Source of the DNA: Methanococcus maripaludis
GTDB taxonomy: Archaea > AGJL01 > Methanococci > Methanococcales > Methanococcaceae
DNA: 32,000 nt
Assembly (NCBI RefSeq): GCF_002945325.1
Contig: NZ_CP026606.1
Location: forward strand, 150,001-182,000
Reading direction: 5' to 3'
Notes under the pieces: model-generated
Seen by the model: the letters and a program-made list of their open reading frames with translations, nothing else
Database searches by the model: none
What the model was told of the DNA's origin: nothing
Made by a program: the position numbers and the translations under genes
Shown here: one piece after another, positions 1 to 8,669 of the stretch
Position numbering within the stretch: position 1 is the first letter of the stretch
Layout of the letters: every line of letters starts with the position of its first letter

Positions 1-1
1 T

Positions 2-67
2 AAGGCGCATTCGGGAGATAAAAATAACGAAATTGCAGATAAGTTGGCAAAAGAATCACTTTTGTAA
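2..67 (+). CDS. Type 1 ribonuclease H-like protein, C-terminal fragment (5' part lies outside the window)
   Basis: Frame 2 reads KAHSGDKNNEIADKLAKESLL* with a TAA at 65-67. The H-x-G-x3-N-E-x-A-D-x-L-A pattern is the conserved C-terminal motif of RNase HI. Only 21 codons are visible. Confidence 0.4.
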   Translation, partial: KAHSGDKNNEIADKLAKESLL

Positions 68-81
68 AAAAATAAAATAAT

Positions 82-1263
82 TTAAATCATTTCAACAAAG
101 GCTTCAAGTCTCGTTTTTATCTGTTCTTTATCACTTTCTGAATAGTCTGTTTCTATTCTAATTATTGGAATTCCTAAATTTTTGAGTTCTTTTTCAATTA
201 ATGCACCTTCAACATTAAATGTGTGGCAGTATTGTAATGTATAATAAACAACACCATCTGCATTTTGTTCCTTTACAAGTTCTTTAATTCTTTCAATTCT
301 GCTATCATTTTTAAATGCAGATGCACAGTTGATTTTAAAGTATCTTTCTGCAAGGTCATCAATTGTGTATCCTTTAACCAAATTATCAAATTTTCTGGTT
401 CCAGTACATGTTTCTTCACCGACTACAAGTCCGCCGACTTCTTCGATAATGTCCACAATTTTGGTATTTCCTGCAACCATCGGGCATCCTGCAACCAGAA
501 TTCTTTTTCCAGCGTATCCTTCACCGTTTTTAACCCGTTCTTCGAGTTCAGATATTACTTCTTTCAAAATTGCGAGTCTATCTTTTATATCGAGTAAAAA
601 TGACCTTTGAAATATTTTTAATGCATCAGTTCCAGTTATTGGCGTTGGGATTTTGGATCTTAATTCATAAAGCTTGTGGGATAATATTCTTTCTTCATTT
701 TCTTCATCAATTGCTTCTTTTAATTTTTCTTCAGTAATCTTGTTTCCAGTAAATTTTTCCACGTAATCTTTGAAGTCGTAAACTTCTTTGAGCCATAATT
801 TATATGACCTTTCATCTTTAAAGTGTGGAAGATGCATAACATACATTTCTGACAGTTTTGCCATGTGTTCAAACATCTTTTTCTTTCCATCGCACGTTGT
901 TTCTCCAACAATAACATCTGAAGCTTCAAAGTAAGGGCAGGCTTTATCTTTTTTAAATCCGTATGAAGATTTAATCAGCGGACAGATACTTCTTGGCAGA
1001 TCTTCTTCTGCTGATGGAATGGTTGACTCTTTTCCACCACAAAGTCCGACAGGAATTGCATCAGCAGCACATATAATTTCAGTAGGCACGAATACACAAA
1101 ATCTACCAAATACTTTTTTTCCTTCGTCTTTTTCTCGATATAATTCCTCTTTTCTTTTTGAAAAAATTTCATCGAGTTTTTTGATACTTTTTAATTCGTC
1201 CAAAGTTTCACCGATTTTATAGTTTAAACTATCTTCTAAGATATTATTTAAATTATTTTTCAT
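82..1263 (-). CDS. 2-hydroxyacyl-CoA dehydratase / BcrC-BadD-HgdB family Fe-S protein (double-cubane-cluster-protein-like)
   Basis: Many conserved Cys lie in typical contexts ([63 protein letters not shown]). The C-terminal end [24 protein letters not shown] is typical of this family. The tracked ORF runs to 1449, but its first 62 codons are low-complexity and overlap the divergent MFS gene. I therefore place the start at ATG 1263 ([13 protein letters not shown]). Confidence 0.65.
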   Translation of the reverse strand: MKNNLNNILEDSLNYKIGETLDELKSIKKLDEIFSKRKEELYREKDEGKKVFGRFCVFVPTEIICAADAIPVGLCGGKESTIPSAEEDLPRSICPLIKSSYGFKKDKACPYFEASDVIVGETTCDGKKKMFEHMAKLSEMYVMHLPHFKDERSYKLWLKEVYDFKDYVEKFTGNKITEEKLKEAIDEENEERILSHKLYELRSKIPTPITGTDALKIFQRSFLLDIKDRLAILKEVISELEERVKNGEGYAGKRILVAGCPMVAGNTKIVDIIEEVGGLVVGEETCTGTRKFDNLVKGYTIDDLAERYFKINCASAFKNDSRIERIKELVKEQNADGVVYYTLQYCHTFNVEGALIEKELKNLGIPIIRIETDYSESDKEQIKTRLEAFVEMI

Positions 1264-1423
1264 TATTTGTTGTGTTTGATATCCATTAGAATATCTATTA
1301 AATATATAATAACTACTAAAATCTAATACCATTATCAATATATATCGGTAATTAAATAATCCAATGAAGGTCTTAAGTTTTAAGATACCTGAAATTAAAC
1401 AATAACTATTTTTGAGGTCATAC

Positions 1424-2728
1424 ATGTTATCAAAGGACAACATCGGCAAAATGATGAAATACCGGTGGGTAATCTTTGCAGTTCTTGCGTTAGTTTACTT
1501 CTTCGTGTACTTTCACAGGGTATCTCCTGCAGTTATGGCTGGAGATCTTATGACAACGTTTGGAGTAGGGGCAACTTCAATGGGTCTACTCGGATCAGTT
1601 TATTTTTATGCATATGCATTAATGCAGATTCCTTCAGGGATAATGTCTGATAAATTCGGACCTAGAAGGGTCGTTGCTGTTTTTACACTTGTTGCAGCAG
1701 CAGGTGCAATTCTTACAGGTATTGCAACTGATTTTAACATGGTTATATTAGGAAGGCTTTTAATCGGTGTTGGTGTAGCTGCAGTATACATCCCGATAAT
1801 GAAAATGCTTTCAATCTGGTTTAGAAAAAACGAATTTGCTACTCAAAGTGGCGTTATGCTTGCAGTAGGAAACATTGGGGCATTATCCGCAGCAGCACCA
1901 CTTGCTTACCTTAATACATCATTAGGTTGGCAGACTGTATTCATGGGACTTGGTGTAGCATCAGTCGCTCTTGCAATTCTTTCATATATTGTTATTAGGG
2001 ATAAGCCATCAGAAATGGGATTCCCAAATATTGAAGATATTGAAGCTCAGGAAAATGGCGAAACTGTTTCAGCAGAAGCAAAACCTGCAGAAAACATATC
2101 TATTATGGATTCTATTAAAATGGTACTCGGTAAAAAATCATTCTGGCCCTTGGCAATATGGTTTTTCTTTTACTATGGATCATTAATGGCATACCAAGGA
2201 CTTTGGGCAGGCCCATACTTTAAAGATATTTTAGGTTGGGACAAAGCAACATATGCAAGCCTTTTAACGTTTATCGGAATTGGTTTGATCTTAGGATGTC
2301 CTGTTTCAGGATATCTCGCAGATAAAGTTTTAAAATCAAGAAAAAAGACATTAATTATCGGTACAGTAATGTACACATTATTATGGTTTGCAGTCTGGTA
2401 CTTTAACGGAATGGACAATCCATTATTCTATAAAATATTATACTTATTATTCGGATTCTTCGCAGGATTCTTCGTTGTATGCTACGGACAGGTGAAATCA
2501 TTATTTCCTATCTCAATAACAGGAACTTCCACGTCAATCCTCAATTTCTTCCCATTCTTTGGTGGTGCACTGCTCCAGCAAGTTTGCGGGTTGTTAATCG
2601 CAAGCTACGGGCTTAATGCATTAGGGGGATACACAAGTGCAGGATACCAGATGGCATGGTTATTACTTGCTGTTGGAATGGTTATTGCAACAATTTGCGT
2701 TTATTTCTCTGAAGAAAAAGGACTTTAA
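1424..2728 (+). CDS. MFS (major facilitator superfamily) transporter, 12 predicted TM segments with a central hydrophilic loop
   Basis: The sequence is hydrophobic and helix-rich, with an MFS loop signature ([16 protein letters not shown]-x-G). An acidic central loop ([20 protein letters not shown]) splits it 6+6. GAGGT lies 5 nt upstream of ATG 1424. ATG 1451 (MMKYRW) is an alternative start. Confidence 0.8.
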   Translation: MLSKDNIGKMMKYRWVIFAVLALVYFFVYFHRVSPAVMAGDLMTTFGVGATSMGLLGSVYFYAYALMQIPSGIMSDKFGPRRVVAVFTLVAAAGAILTGIATDFNMVILGRLLIGVGVAAVYIPIMKMLSIWFRKNEFATQSGVMLAVGNIGALSAAAPLAYLNTSLGWQTVFMGLGVASVALAILSYIVIRDKPSEMGFPNIEDIEAQENGETVSAEAKPAENISIMDSIKMVLGKKSFWPLAIWFFFYYGSLMAYQGLWAGPYFKDILGWDKATYASLLTFIGIGLILGCPVSGYLADKVLKSRKKTLIIGTVMYTLLWFAVWYFNGMDNPLFYKILYLLFGFFAGFFVVCYGQVKSLFPISITGTSTSILNFFPFFGGALLQQVCGLLIASYGLNALGGYTSAGYQMAWLLLAVGMVIATICVYFSEEKGL

Positions 2729-2795
2729 GTCCATTAAATTTTTTTCTTTTTTCATTTTTTAAAAATTTAAAAATAATTTAAACATGGTGGAATTT

Positions 2796-3659
2796 ATGAA
2801 AAAAACATTTTCATGTGTCAGTGACAAGTTAGAAAACATTCCAAAAGAATTAACTGAATCTAAAAATTTAAAATTTCCAAATGTACACGAAAATCTTATC
2901 GATATGGTGGAATTTTCAAAAATAATGAAAGAATATAGGAAAGACTTATTTTGTAGAGTTCCATTCTGTATGACCGTTGAAGCAGAATCATTGGGTGCTA
3001 AAATTAACATGGGCGATGAAAAATACGGCCCAAGAGCTAAAGAATACGCTTTTAAAAATTTAGATGAATTAGAATCCATAACACCAATTGATCTAACCTC
3101 AGGTAGGATTAAAACAGTTCTTGGTGCTATTCGTGAATTAAAAGAATCTGGTGAAATTCCAATTCTTGCAGTTGAGGGGCCATTTACTATATTTTCATCT
3201 TTGATAGATTCGACAGCATTTTATAAAGAACTTAGAAAAAATCCGGACCAAGCAAACGAATTTTTGAATTTTTTAGAGGATGAAATCGTAAAGTATATTC
3301 TTTCAGGAATTGAAAACGGGGCTAAAATTATTTCTTTTGGAGATCCTGCAGGAAGTATCGACATAGTGGGTCCAAAAGTATTTAGGGAATACAGCGGAAA
3401 AATTGCCAAAAATATTATAGAAAAAGTTAGATTAAAAGAAAAAAACTGTATTATTCATCTTTGTGGATTAACATCTGTTGCACTTGAAAATGAAGGAATG
3501 TGCAAATTTAATCCATTAAATTGCGATTCTGAAACATATGGGAAAGCAATTTATGAACTAATTCATGAAAATACAAAAACAAAAATTATTGGTCACAACT
3601 GTATAAAAAAATCAATCTATAAAATTCCAAAAAATACTGTCTGGGAAATAAAAGAATAA
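2796..3659 (+). CDS. Short, divergent URO-D/MtaA-family methyltransferase paralog
   Basis: It is collinear with the 342-aa paralog at 6404-7432 (VPFCMTVEAESLGAKINMG vs VPFCMTVEAEAFGAGVKMG; YKELRKNPDQANEF vs YKELRRKPDAAKEF; FGDPAGS vs ISDPSGT; IIHLCG vs IIHICG). It lacks the N-terminal TPKERL...DR.P segment and has a shortened C-terminus. GGTGG precedes ATG 2796; ATG 2784 is an alternative start. Confidence 0.65.
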   Translation: MKKTFSCVSDKLENIPKELTESKNLKFPNVHENLIDMVEFSKIMKEYRKDLFCRVPFCMTVEAESLGAKINMGDEKYGPRAKEYAFKNLDELESITPIDLTSGRIKTVLGAIRELKESGEIPILAVEGPFTIFSSLIDSTAFYKELRKNPDQANEFLNFLEDEIVKYILSGIENGAKIISFGDPAGSIDIVGPKVFREYSGKIAKNIIEKVRLKEKNCIIHLCGLTSVALENEGMCKFNPLNCDSETYGKAIYELIHENTKTKIIGHNCIKKSIYKIPKNTVWEIKE

Positions 3660-3664
3660 TTATT

Positions 3665-4573
3665 TTATAAATTATTAAATAATTCACTTATTGCTTCTTT
3701 TTCAAGCTCTTTTCCAATTATGCAAATTTTTTGGTCTTTTTTTGTGTTTAAAAGCTCCAACTTGCAATCATTTCCAACATAATTAAACTCCATTGTTTTA
3801 TCATCGATGTTTAAAAAACCCTTTCCACGCATTATCTGTCCATATTTACCACTTTTAAGTTCTAAAATTATATTTTCAATATCTTTTTCTTTAAAAGAAT
3901 CAGTAAATTCAAGTCCAATACTTGATACGCCTTTCATTGCAGCTTCAACGTTTCCACGATATATTTTACCAGAATTTTCAGAACTGTTGTCAAGAATTTT
4001 CAAAAATTCTTCTGGAGCCATAAATTCCCAGTTTTGAGTTACAATTAATGAATTAGGATTTAAATCCCTTAATGATAAAATAATTTTATCAATTTCTTGG
4101 TAATTCATAAACTGAGCTTTACTGATAATTAGTCTGTCTGCATTTTTTATTTGATCTTTAAAAAATTCGCCAAATCCTTCAACTTCTTCGAGATAATTTT
4201 CAGCATCAACTACGGTTGTGAGCGAGTTTATTTCAGAAATTTGTTTGATTTTTGGAAGACTCAATATCCCGATTATCTCACTTAAGAGCCCCATTCCTGT
4301 TGGTTCAACAATAATCCTGTCAGGTTCAAATTCATCTACGATTTTGCTTAACGCTTCGATAAAGTTGGACCTGATGCTACAGCAAATGCATCCTTGTTGA
4401 AGTTCGTATACTTCAAATCCTTCATTTTTGATAAGATCTCCGTCAATTGCAATTTCGCCAAATTCATTTTCAATAACAATTACTTTTTCGTTCCCACAGG
4501 CGTTTAAAAGATGTTTTATAAATGTCGTCTTTCCAGAACCCAAGTAGCCTGATACAACGTCGATTTTAACCAC
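3665..4573 (-). CDS. CobW/COG0523-family G3E P-loop GTPase (putative metallochaperone)
   Basis: It has a Walker A motif GYLGSGKTT, a metal-binding GCICCS (CxCC) motif and a C-terminal CobW_C-like segment (RGKGFLNIDDKTMEFNYVG). The start is GTG, preceded by GGTGAT. Confidence 0.85.
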   Translation of the reverse strand: MVKIDVVSGYLGSGKTTFIKHLLNACGNEKVIVIENEFGEIAIDGDLIKNEGFEVYELQQGCICCSIRSNFIEALSKIVDEFEPDRIIVEPTGMGLLSEIIGILSLPKIKQISEINSLTTVVDAENYLEEVEGFGEFFKDQIKNADRLIISKAQFMNYQEIDKIILSLRDLNPNSLIVTQNWEFMAPEEFLKILDNSSENSGKIYRGNVEAAMKGVSSIGLEFTDSFKEKDIENIILELKSGKYGQIMRGKGFLNIDDKTMEFNYVGNDCKLELLNTKKDQKICIIGKELEKEAISELFNNL

Positions 4574-4624
4574 AATATCACCAAATATAATAAATTTTAA
4601 TATTATTATTTCAAATACTAATTT

Positions 4625-6403
4625 TTAAAAATTTAAAGAATCAATGAACAATTTTTCATAGTTTTCTTTTGTCGAAAGTTCATAATATGTTATATCTTTA
4701 GAGACTGACTCCATTTCCGCTCGTGATTCTTTTGAAAGCAGACAAATTAAAGCACCGGTTTTAGAGGAATTTCCAATATATCTTATTTTTTTGCCAAGTT
4801 TTTCAGGTATGATTCCACTTCCAACGAGGCTTTCAACAGTTAAGTGTTTTCCAAACTGCCCTGCAATTATTACTTCATCAATTTCTTCCATTGTTAAATT
4901 ATTTTCATCCAAAAGTGCTAAAAATCCCGAAACTATAGCTGCTTTTGCCAGTTGAACCTGCCTTATGTCTTTTTGTGAAACTAATATTTCGGGATTTTTT
5001 GAGATCTGAACAAACTTTTTTGAATTTTTTTCTATTATCAAATTTTTATATTCATTATCTGAACCGTTTGAATTAATTAACCTGCCAGTTTTACCCACAA
5101 GGCCTGTTCTAACAATTTCAGATATTGAATCAAGTATTCCACTACCGCAAATTCCAACAGGATTCACATTTCCAATGACTTTTAATTCGATATTGTTTTC
5201 ATTGAATTTAACACATTCAATTGCGCCGTCTGCCGCCCTCATTCCGTAGCTTATATTCATTCCTTCAAGCGCAGGGCCTGCAGCACAGGAACATGATGAA
5301 AGAATACCTGCTTTTGAAAGCATTATTTCCCCATTTGTACCAATATCAATAAAGAGAACATTTTTTTCAGTTTTCAAAAGTTCAGAAACTATAACTCCTG
5401 CAACAATATCTGCTCCAATATACCCTGAAACTCCAGGTAAACAGTAAATTCTACCAAACGGAGAAATATTTATTCCAATATCGTTTGATAAGATGTTTTT
5501 CCCAGACAAAAATACTGGTAAATATGGAGATTTCCCAATCGATTCTGCGCTGATGTTCAATAAAAAGTGCATCATTGTAGTGTTTGCTGCAATTGAAACT
5601 TCGTAGATGTTTTCAACAGCAATTTTGTTCTGCGTTGCTAAATCAAAGATAAGTTTGTTTATTCCGGTAATTATTGCTTTATTTAATAATTCAAGCCCGT
5701 TTTCATTTTTATTTGCAAAATCGATTCGTGAAAGCACGTCTGAACCGTATTCTTTTTGAGGATTTATCATGGTTTCAGATGCAATTTCTTCCCCCTCTAA
5801 AATATCAATTAAAGATGCTACAACGGTAGTAGTTCCAATATCGATTGCAATTCCATATATTTTTTCATTGATTTTGGGTTCAATTCCAATTAATTTATCA
5901 TTTAAAAAAATTGAAGTAAGATTTCCTGTTTTAAACGATTTCTGCAAAGCTTTTAAACATTCAATATCAGATATTTCATCCACATTTAATTTAGTTTTAA
6001 CAATTTCTTCGTAATTATTTTTGTTTGATTCACATTCTGATAGATTGATGATTTTTTTTGTGATAGGCGGATTAATTTTTAAGTTTGGCATGTATCCGTC
6101 AGTTAAAATCTTGTGATTTTCATCCGTATTTAATAATTCAATTTTCACATTTCCAAACGCCTTTGTAAGGCAACTTAGGCGAACTCCCTGATCAATTTCA
6201 TCTTTTGAAAGATATTCAAGCTCTTCAGAAGATAGTGGACTGATTTCTCCACCAACAACTTTTACCTTACATTTTCCGCAGGTTCCAACTCCACCGCAAG
6301 GAACTTCTATTTTAATTCCATTTTTTTGAAGAATTTTAAAAATAAATTCCCCTTCTTTAAACTCAAATTTATTGTTATCATTAGTTATTTCTAGTATTGC
6401 CAT
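4625..6403 (-). CDS. Corrinoid reductive activase, RACo/COG3894 type (N-terminal [2Fe-2S] ferredoxin domain plus ASKHA ATPase domain)
   Basis: The N-terminus has PCGGVGTCGKCKV...RLSC (Cys-x5-Cys-x2-Cys...Cys), a plant-type ferredoxin motif. ASKHA phosphate motifs are present (GIAIDIGTTTVV and LFIDIGTNGEIML). The ATG abuts the upstream stop codon (TAAATG), suggesting translational coupling. Confidence 0.8.
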   Translation of the reverse strand: MAILEITNDNNKFEFKEGEFIFKILQKNGIKIEVPCGGVGTCGKCKVKVVGGEISPLSSEELEYLSKDEIDQGVRLSCLTKAFGNVKIELLNTDENHKILTDGYMPNLKINPPITKKIINLSECESNKNNYEEIVKTKLNVDEISDIECLKALQKSFKTGNLTSIFLNDKLIGIEPKINEKIYGIAIDIGTTTVVASLIDILEGEEIASETMINPQKEYGSDVLSRIDFANKNENGLELLNKAIITGINKLIFDLATQNKIAVENIYEVSIAANTTMMHFLLNISAESIGKSPYLPVFLSGKNILSNDIGINISPFGRIYCLPGVSGYIGADIVAGVIVSELLKTEKNVLFIDIGTNGEIMLSKAGILSSCSCAAGPALEGMNISYGMRAADGAIECVKFNENNIELKVIGNVNPVGICGSGILDSISEIVRTGLVGKTGRLINSNGSDNEYKNLIIEKNSKKFVQISKNPEILVSQKDIRQVQLAKAAIVSGFLALLDENNLTMEEIDEVIIAGQFGKHLTVESLVGSGIIPEKLGKKIRYIGNSSKTGALICLLSKESRAEMESVSKDITYYELSTKENYEKLFIDSLNF

Positions 6404-7432
6404 TTATTCTCCTCTTTTGGAGTTTTTACATGCCTGAACCATTGCTTGAATATTTTCTAACTTTGTTCTAACCCCAATTCCGCATGCAGGAGACAAAATA
6501 TCGACCCCAAATTTAATACATGCTCGACTCATTTTATCAATAGAATCAGGAGTTCCATTTTCAAGCGCAAATGTGCTGACGTTTCCCATGATTGCTTTTC
6601 CAGACACGTTTTCAACTACCTGTCCAACATCAGTAATTGAATCAAAGCTTATTGCGTCACTTTTTAATGAATTTATTTCTTCATAAACACTTTTCAATCT
6701 ACCGCAAATATGGATTATTGTTCCAGTTTCAGCCAAATCACTTGTTTCTTCAATTATTTTATTAATATAAGGAACTGCAAATTCTTTAAACATTTTTGGG
6801 CCCAATATCTCGCCAGTACCGCTTGGATCAGATATTGCCAAAACGTCTGCTCCTGCTTTTAGCTGTGCTTTTCCAAATTCGATTAAGTTTTCAGTTACAA
6901 AATCCATGAATTCTTTTGCAGCGTCGGGTTTTCTTCTAAGTTCTTTATAGTACGTTACAGGTTCCATTAAAGACGATGCAGTACTAACTGGACCTGTGAG
7001 ATTTGCAATAATGGGAACTTCTGAGTTTTTTTCGTTTAAAAGTTCTATTGATTCAAGAACGGTTTTTCCACGTCCCTCATCAATATTGATATGATTTAAT
7101 TTTTCATATTCAGTAACAGAATCTATTGGATAGTTTGTAACTCTTGGTTCAGTAATATCTGTACCCATTTTAACTCCTGCACCAAAAGCTTCGGCTTCTA
7201 CAGTCATGCAGAATGGAACACCATAGTTTTCAAACCCGCCATTTTCATACATTCCAATTGTAAGTTCAGCCATTTTTTCAGCATCGGTGTGTGCTTCTGG
7301 CCAATATATTCCAGTAATGTCCATGATATCTTTTGTAATCATATTCATCATGCCGCCCGGACATATGCACGGGATTCTATCAACTTCTTCTCCTTTGAGG
7401 GTTTTTGAGAGTCTTTCTTTTGGTGTTATCAT
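6404..7432 (-). CDS. MtaA/MtbA-like methylcobamide:CoM-type methyltransferase (URO-D family)
   Basis: The N-terminus ITPKERLSKTLKGEEVDRIP and the segment YWPEAHTDAEKMAEL are typical of MtaA/MtbA. An H-x-C (IIHICG) plus a downstream Cys (SPACG) fits the HxCxnC zinc motif. A GAGTGA RBS is present. Confidence 0.8.
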   Translation of the reverse strand: MITPKERLSKTLKGEEVDRIPCICPGGMMNMITKDIMDITGIYWPEAHTDAEKMAELTIGMYENGGFENYGVPFCMTVEAEAFGAGVKMGTDITEPRVTNYPIDSVTEYEKLNHINIDEGRGKTVLESIELLNEKNSEVPIIANLTGPVSTASSLMEPVTYYKELRRKPDAAKEFMDFVTENLIEFGKAQLKAGADVLAISDPSGTGEILGPKMFKEFAVPYINKIIEETSDLAETGTIIHICGRLKSVYEEINSLKSDAISFDSITDVGQVVENVSGKAIMGNVSTFALENGTPDSIDKMSRACIKFGVDILSPACGIGVRTKLENIQAMVQACKNSKRGE

Positions 7433-7553
7433 TAAATCACTCTTTTTATTTAAATTTTCAAATATAATGCGCCATTAAACTAAATTCTAAAAAAATCAAA
7501 CTAAAAATTTAAAAATTATAAAATCTGGGTGAATAACTTGATAATTTAGGTAC

Positions 7554-8645
7554 TTAGTCTTTGTATTTATCAAAACTAAGTAAATAGTCTAATTTTTCTT
7601 CAGTAACCGGCCATCCCATTTCCCTTGCAGTATCCATCATTGCATCAATGTTTTCAATAGGTACTTCTACTGGAAGGCTGCATCCTGACATGATCATGAA
7701 TCCTTTTTTAGCTTTCAATCCCTGTTTTGCACATTTAATTGTAGCTTTTCTAACGTCTTCTCTTGATCCTGCATACATAATTGCTGAAGGGTCAACATTT
7801 CCTGCAATAACCATTTTATCTCCAACGGTTTCTGCACATTTTTCCATATCTGCAACGTTATCAATGCTTAAAACATCTACGCCCATTTCTACAAGATCAT
7901 CCCAAATTGGATCCGTTATTCCACAAATGTGTATAACCAATTTTCCAGTTCTTGCTTTTATGTGGTCGATAAGTCTTTTTAAGTACGGTGCTGAAAATTC
8001 CCTAAAGTGTTTTGGACTTACAACAGTACATGATGAAAGAGGTTCTGAAATAGTAACTCCAACGCCTTTTTCCAAAACTGCATCGGTTAGTGCAATGCAA
8101 CTTTGTAGTGAAATTTCACAGAGTTTATGAACTGATTCAGGATCTTTTAAAAGCATTTTTGTCATTTTTTCTACGCCAATTAAAAAGAAAGCGTTTGTAA
8201 ATGGGCCTACAACTGAAGCAGTAACTCCAACTTCGCTTGCAATTTCATCCCTTACGATTTCAATTGCCCTTAAATGAACTGGAATTCTACCTTGTGTGTA
8301 TGGATCAATTACTTTTAATTTATCAAATTCTGACATGTCATTTATTGCAGGTTCTTCTAAATCTGCGGTATTATCTTCTGGTTTTCTAACTTTTGCGCCC
8401 ATTGCTTCTGAAACTAAAAATAAATCTGTGAAGATTCTTGCACCATCTGCCCCAAATCTTCTGTATGTTTTAATAATTGCATTAGCAAGCGCTTCTGGGT
8501 CGTCATTAAACTGTGAAATTTTGTAGCCTGCAATTCTTGCCATCCCATTTCCAATGTTTGGGTTGCATGCAACCCGGTCAGCGGGTTCGCCCTTAGCTTT
8601 AGCAGCAGCTCTTTGAGCAGGTGTCATTTTGTCGGGGTAATCCAT
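7554..8645 (-). CDS. Second URO-D/MtaA-family methyltransferase, adjacent to the corrinoid protein (candidate substrate:corrinoid methyltransferase)
   Basis: It has MTPAQRAAAKAKGEPADRVA (the MtaA-like N-terminal pattern), VIHICG and a downstream Cys (MSGCSLP). A GGAGAG RBS is present, and the gene starts 24 nt after the corrinoid protein gene. Confidence 0.75.
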   Translation of the reverse strand: MDYPDKMTPAQRAAAKAKGEPADRVACNPNIGNGMARIAGYKISQFNDDPEALANAIIKTYRRFGADGARIFTDLFLVSEAMGAKVRKPEDNTADLEEPAINDMSEFDKLKVIDPYTQGRIPVHLRAIEIVRDEIASEVGVTASVVGPFTNAFFLIGVEKMTKMLLKDPESVHKLCEISLQSCIALTDAVLEKGVGVTISEPLSSCTVVSPKHFREFSAPYLKRLIDHIKARTGKLVIHICGITDPIWDDLVEMGVDVLSIDNVADMEKCAETVGDKMVIAGNVDPSAIMYAGSREDVRKATIKCAKQGLKAKKGFMIMSGCSLPVEVPIENIDAMMDTAREMGWPVTEEKLDYLLSFDKYKD

Positions 8646-8669
8646 AATAATCTCTCCATACTGTTTAAA

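Noticed and set aside
1264-1449. N-terminal 62-codon extension of the HgdB-like ORF (tracked as 82-1449)
   Set aside because: The extension is low-complexity, AT-driven (I/L/Y/N/F-rich) sequence. It overlaps the RBS and start of the divergent MFS gene, and homologs of this family start near MKNN... at 1263.
7648-8526. Plus-strand ORFs 7648-8130 (160 aa) and 8296-8526 antisense to the 363-aa methyltransferase gene
   Set aside because: They are antisense shadow frames with no RBS, and the minus-strand frame has clear family motifs.
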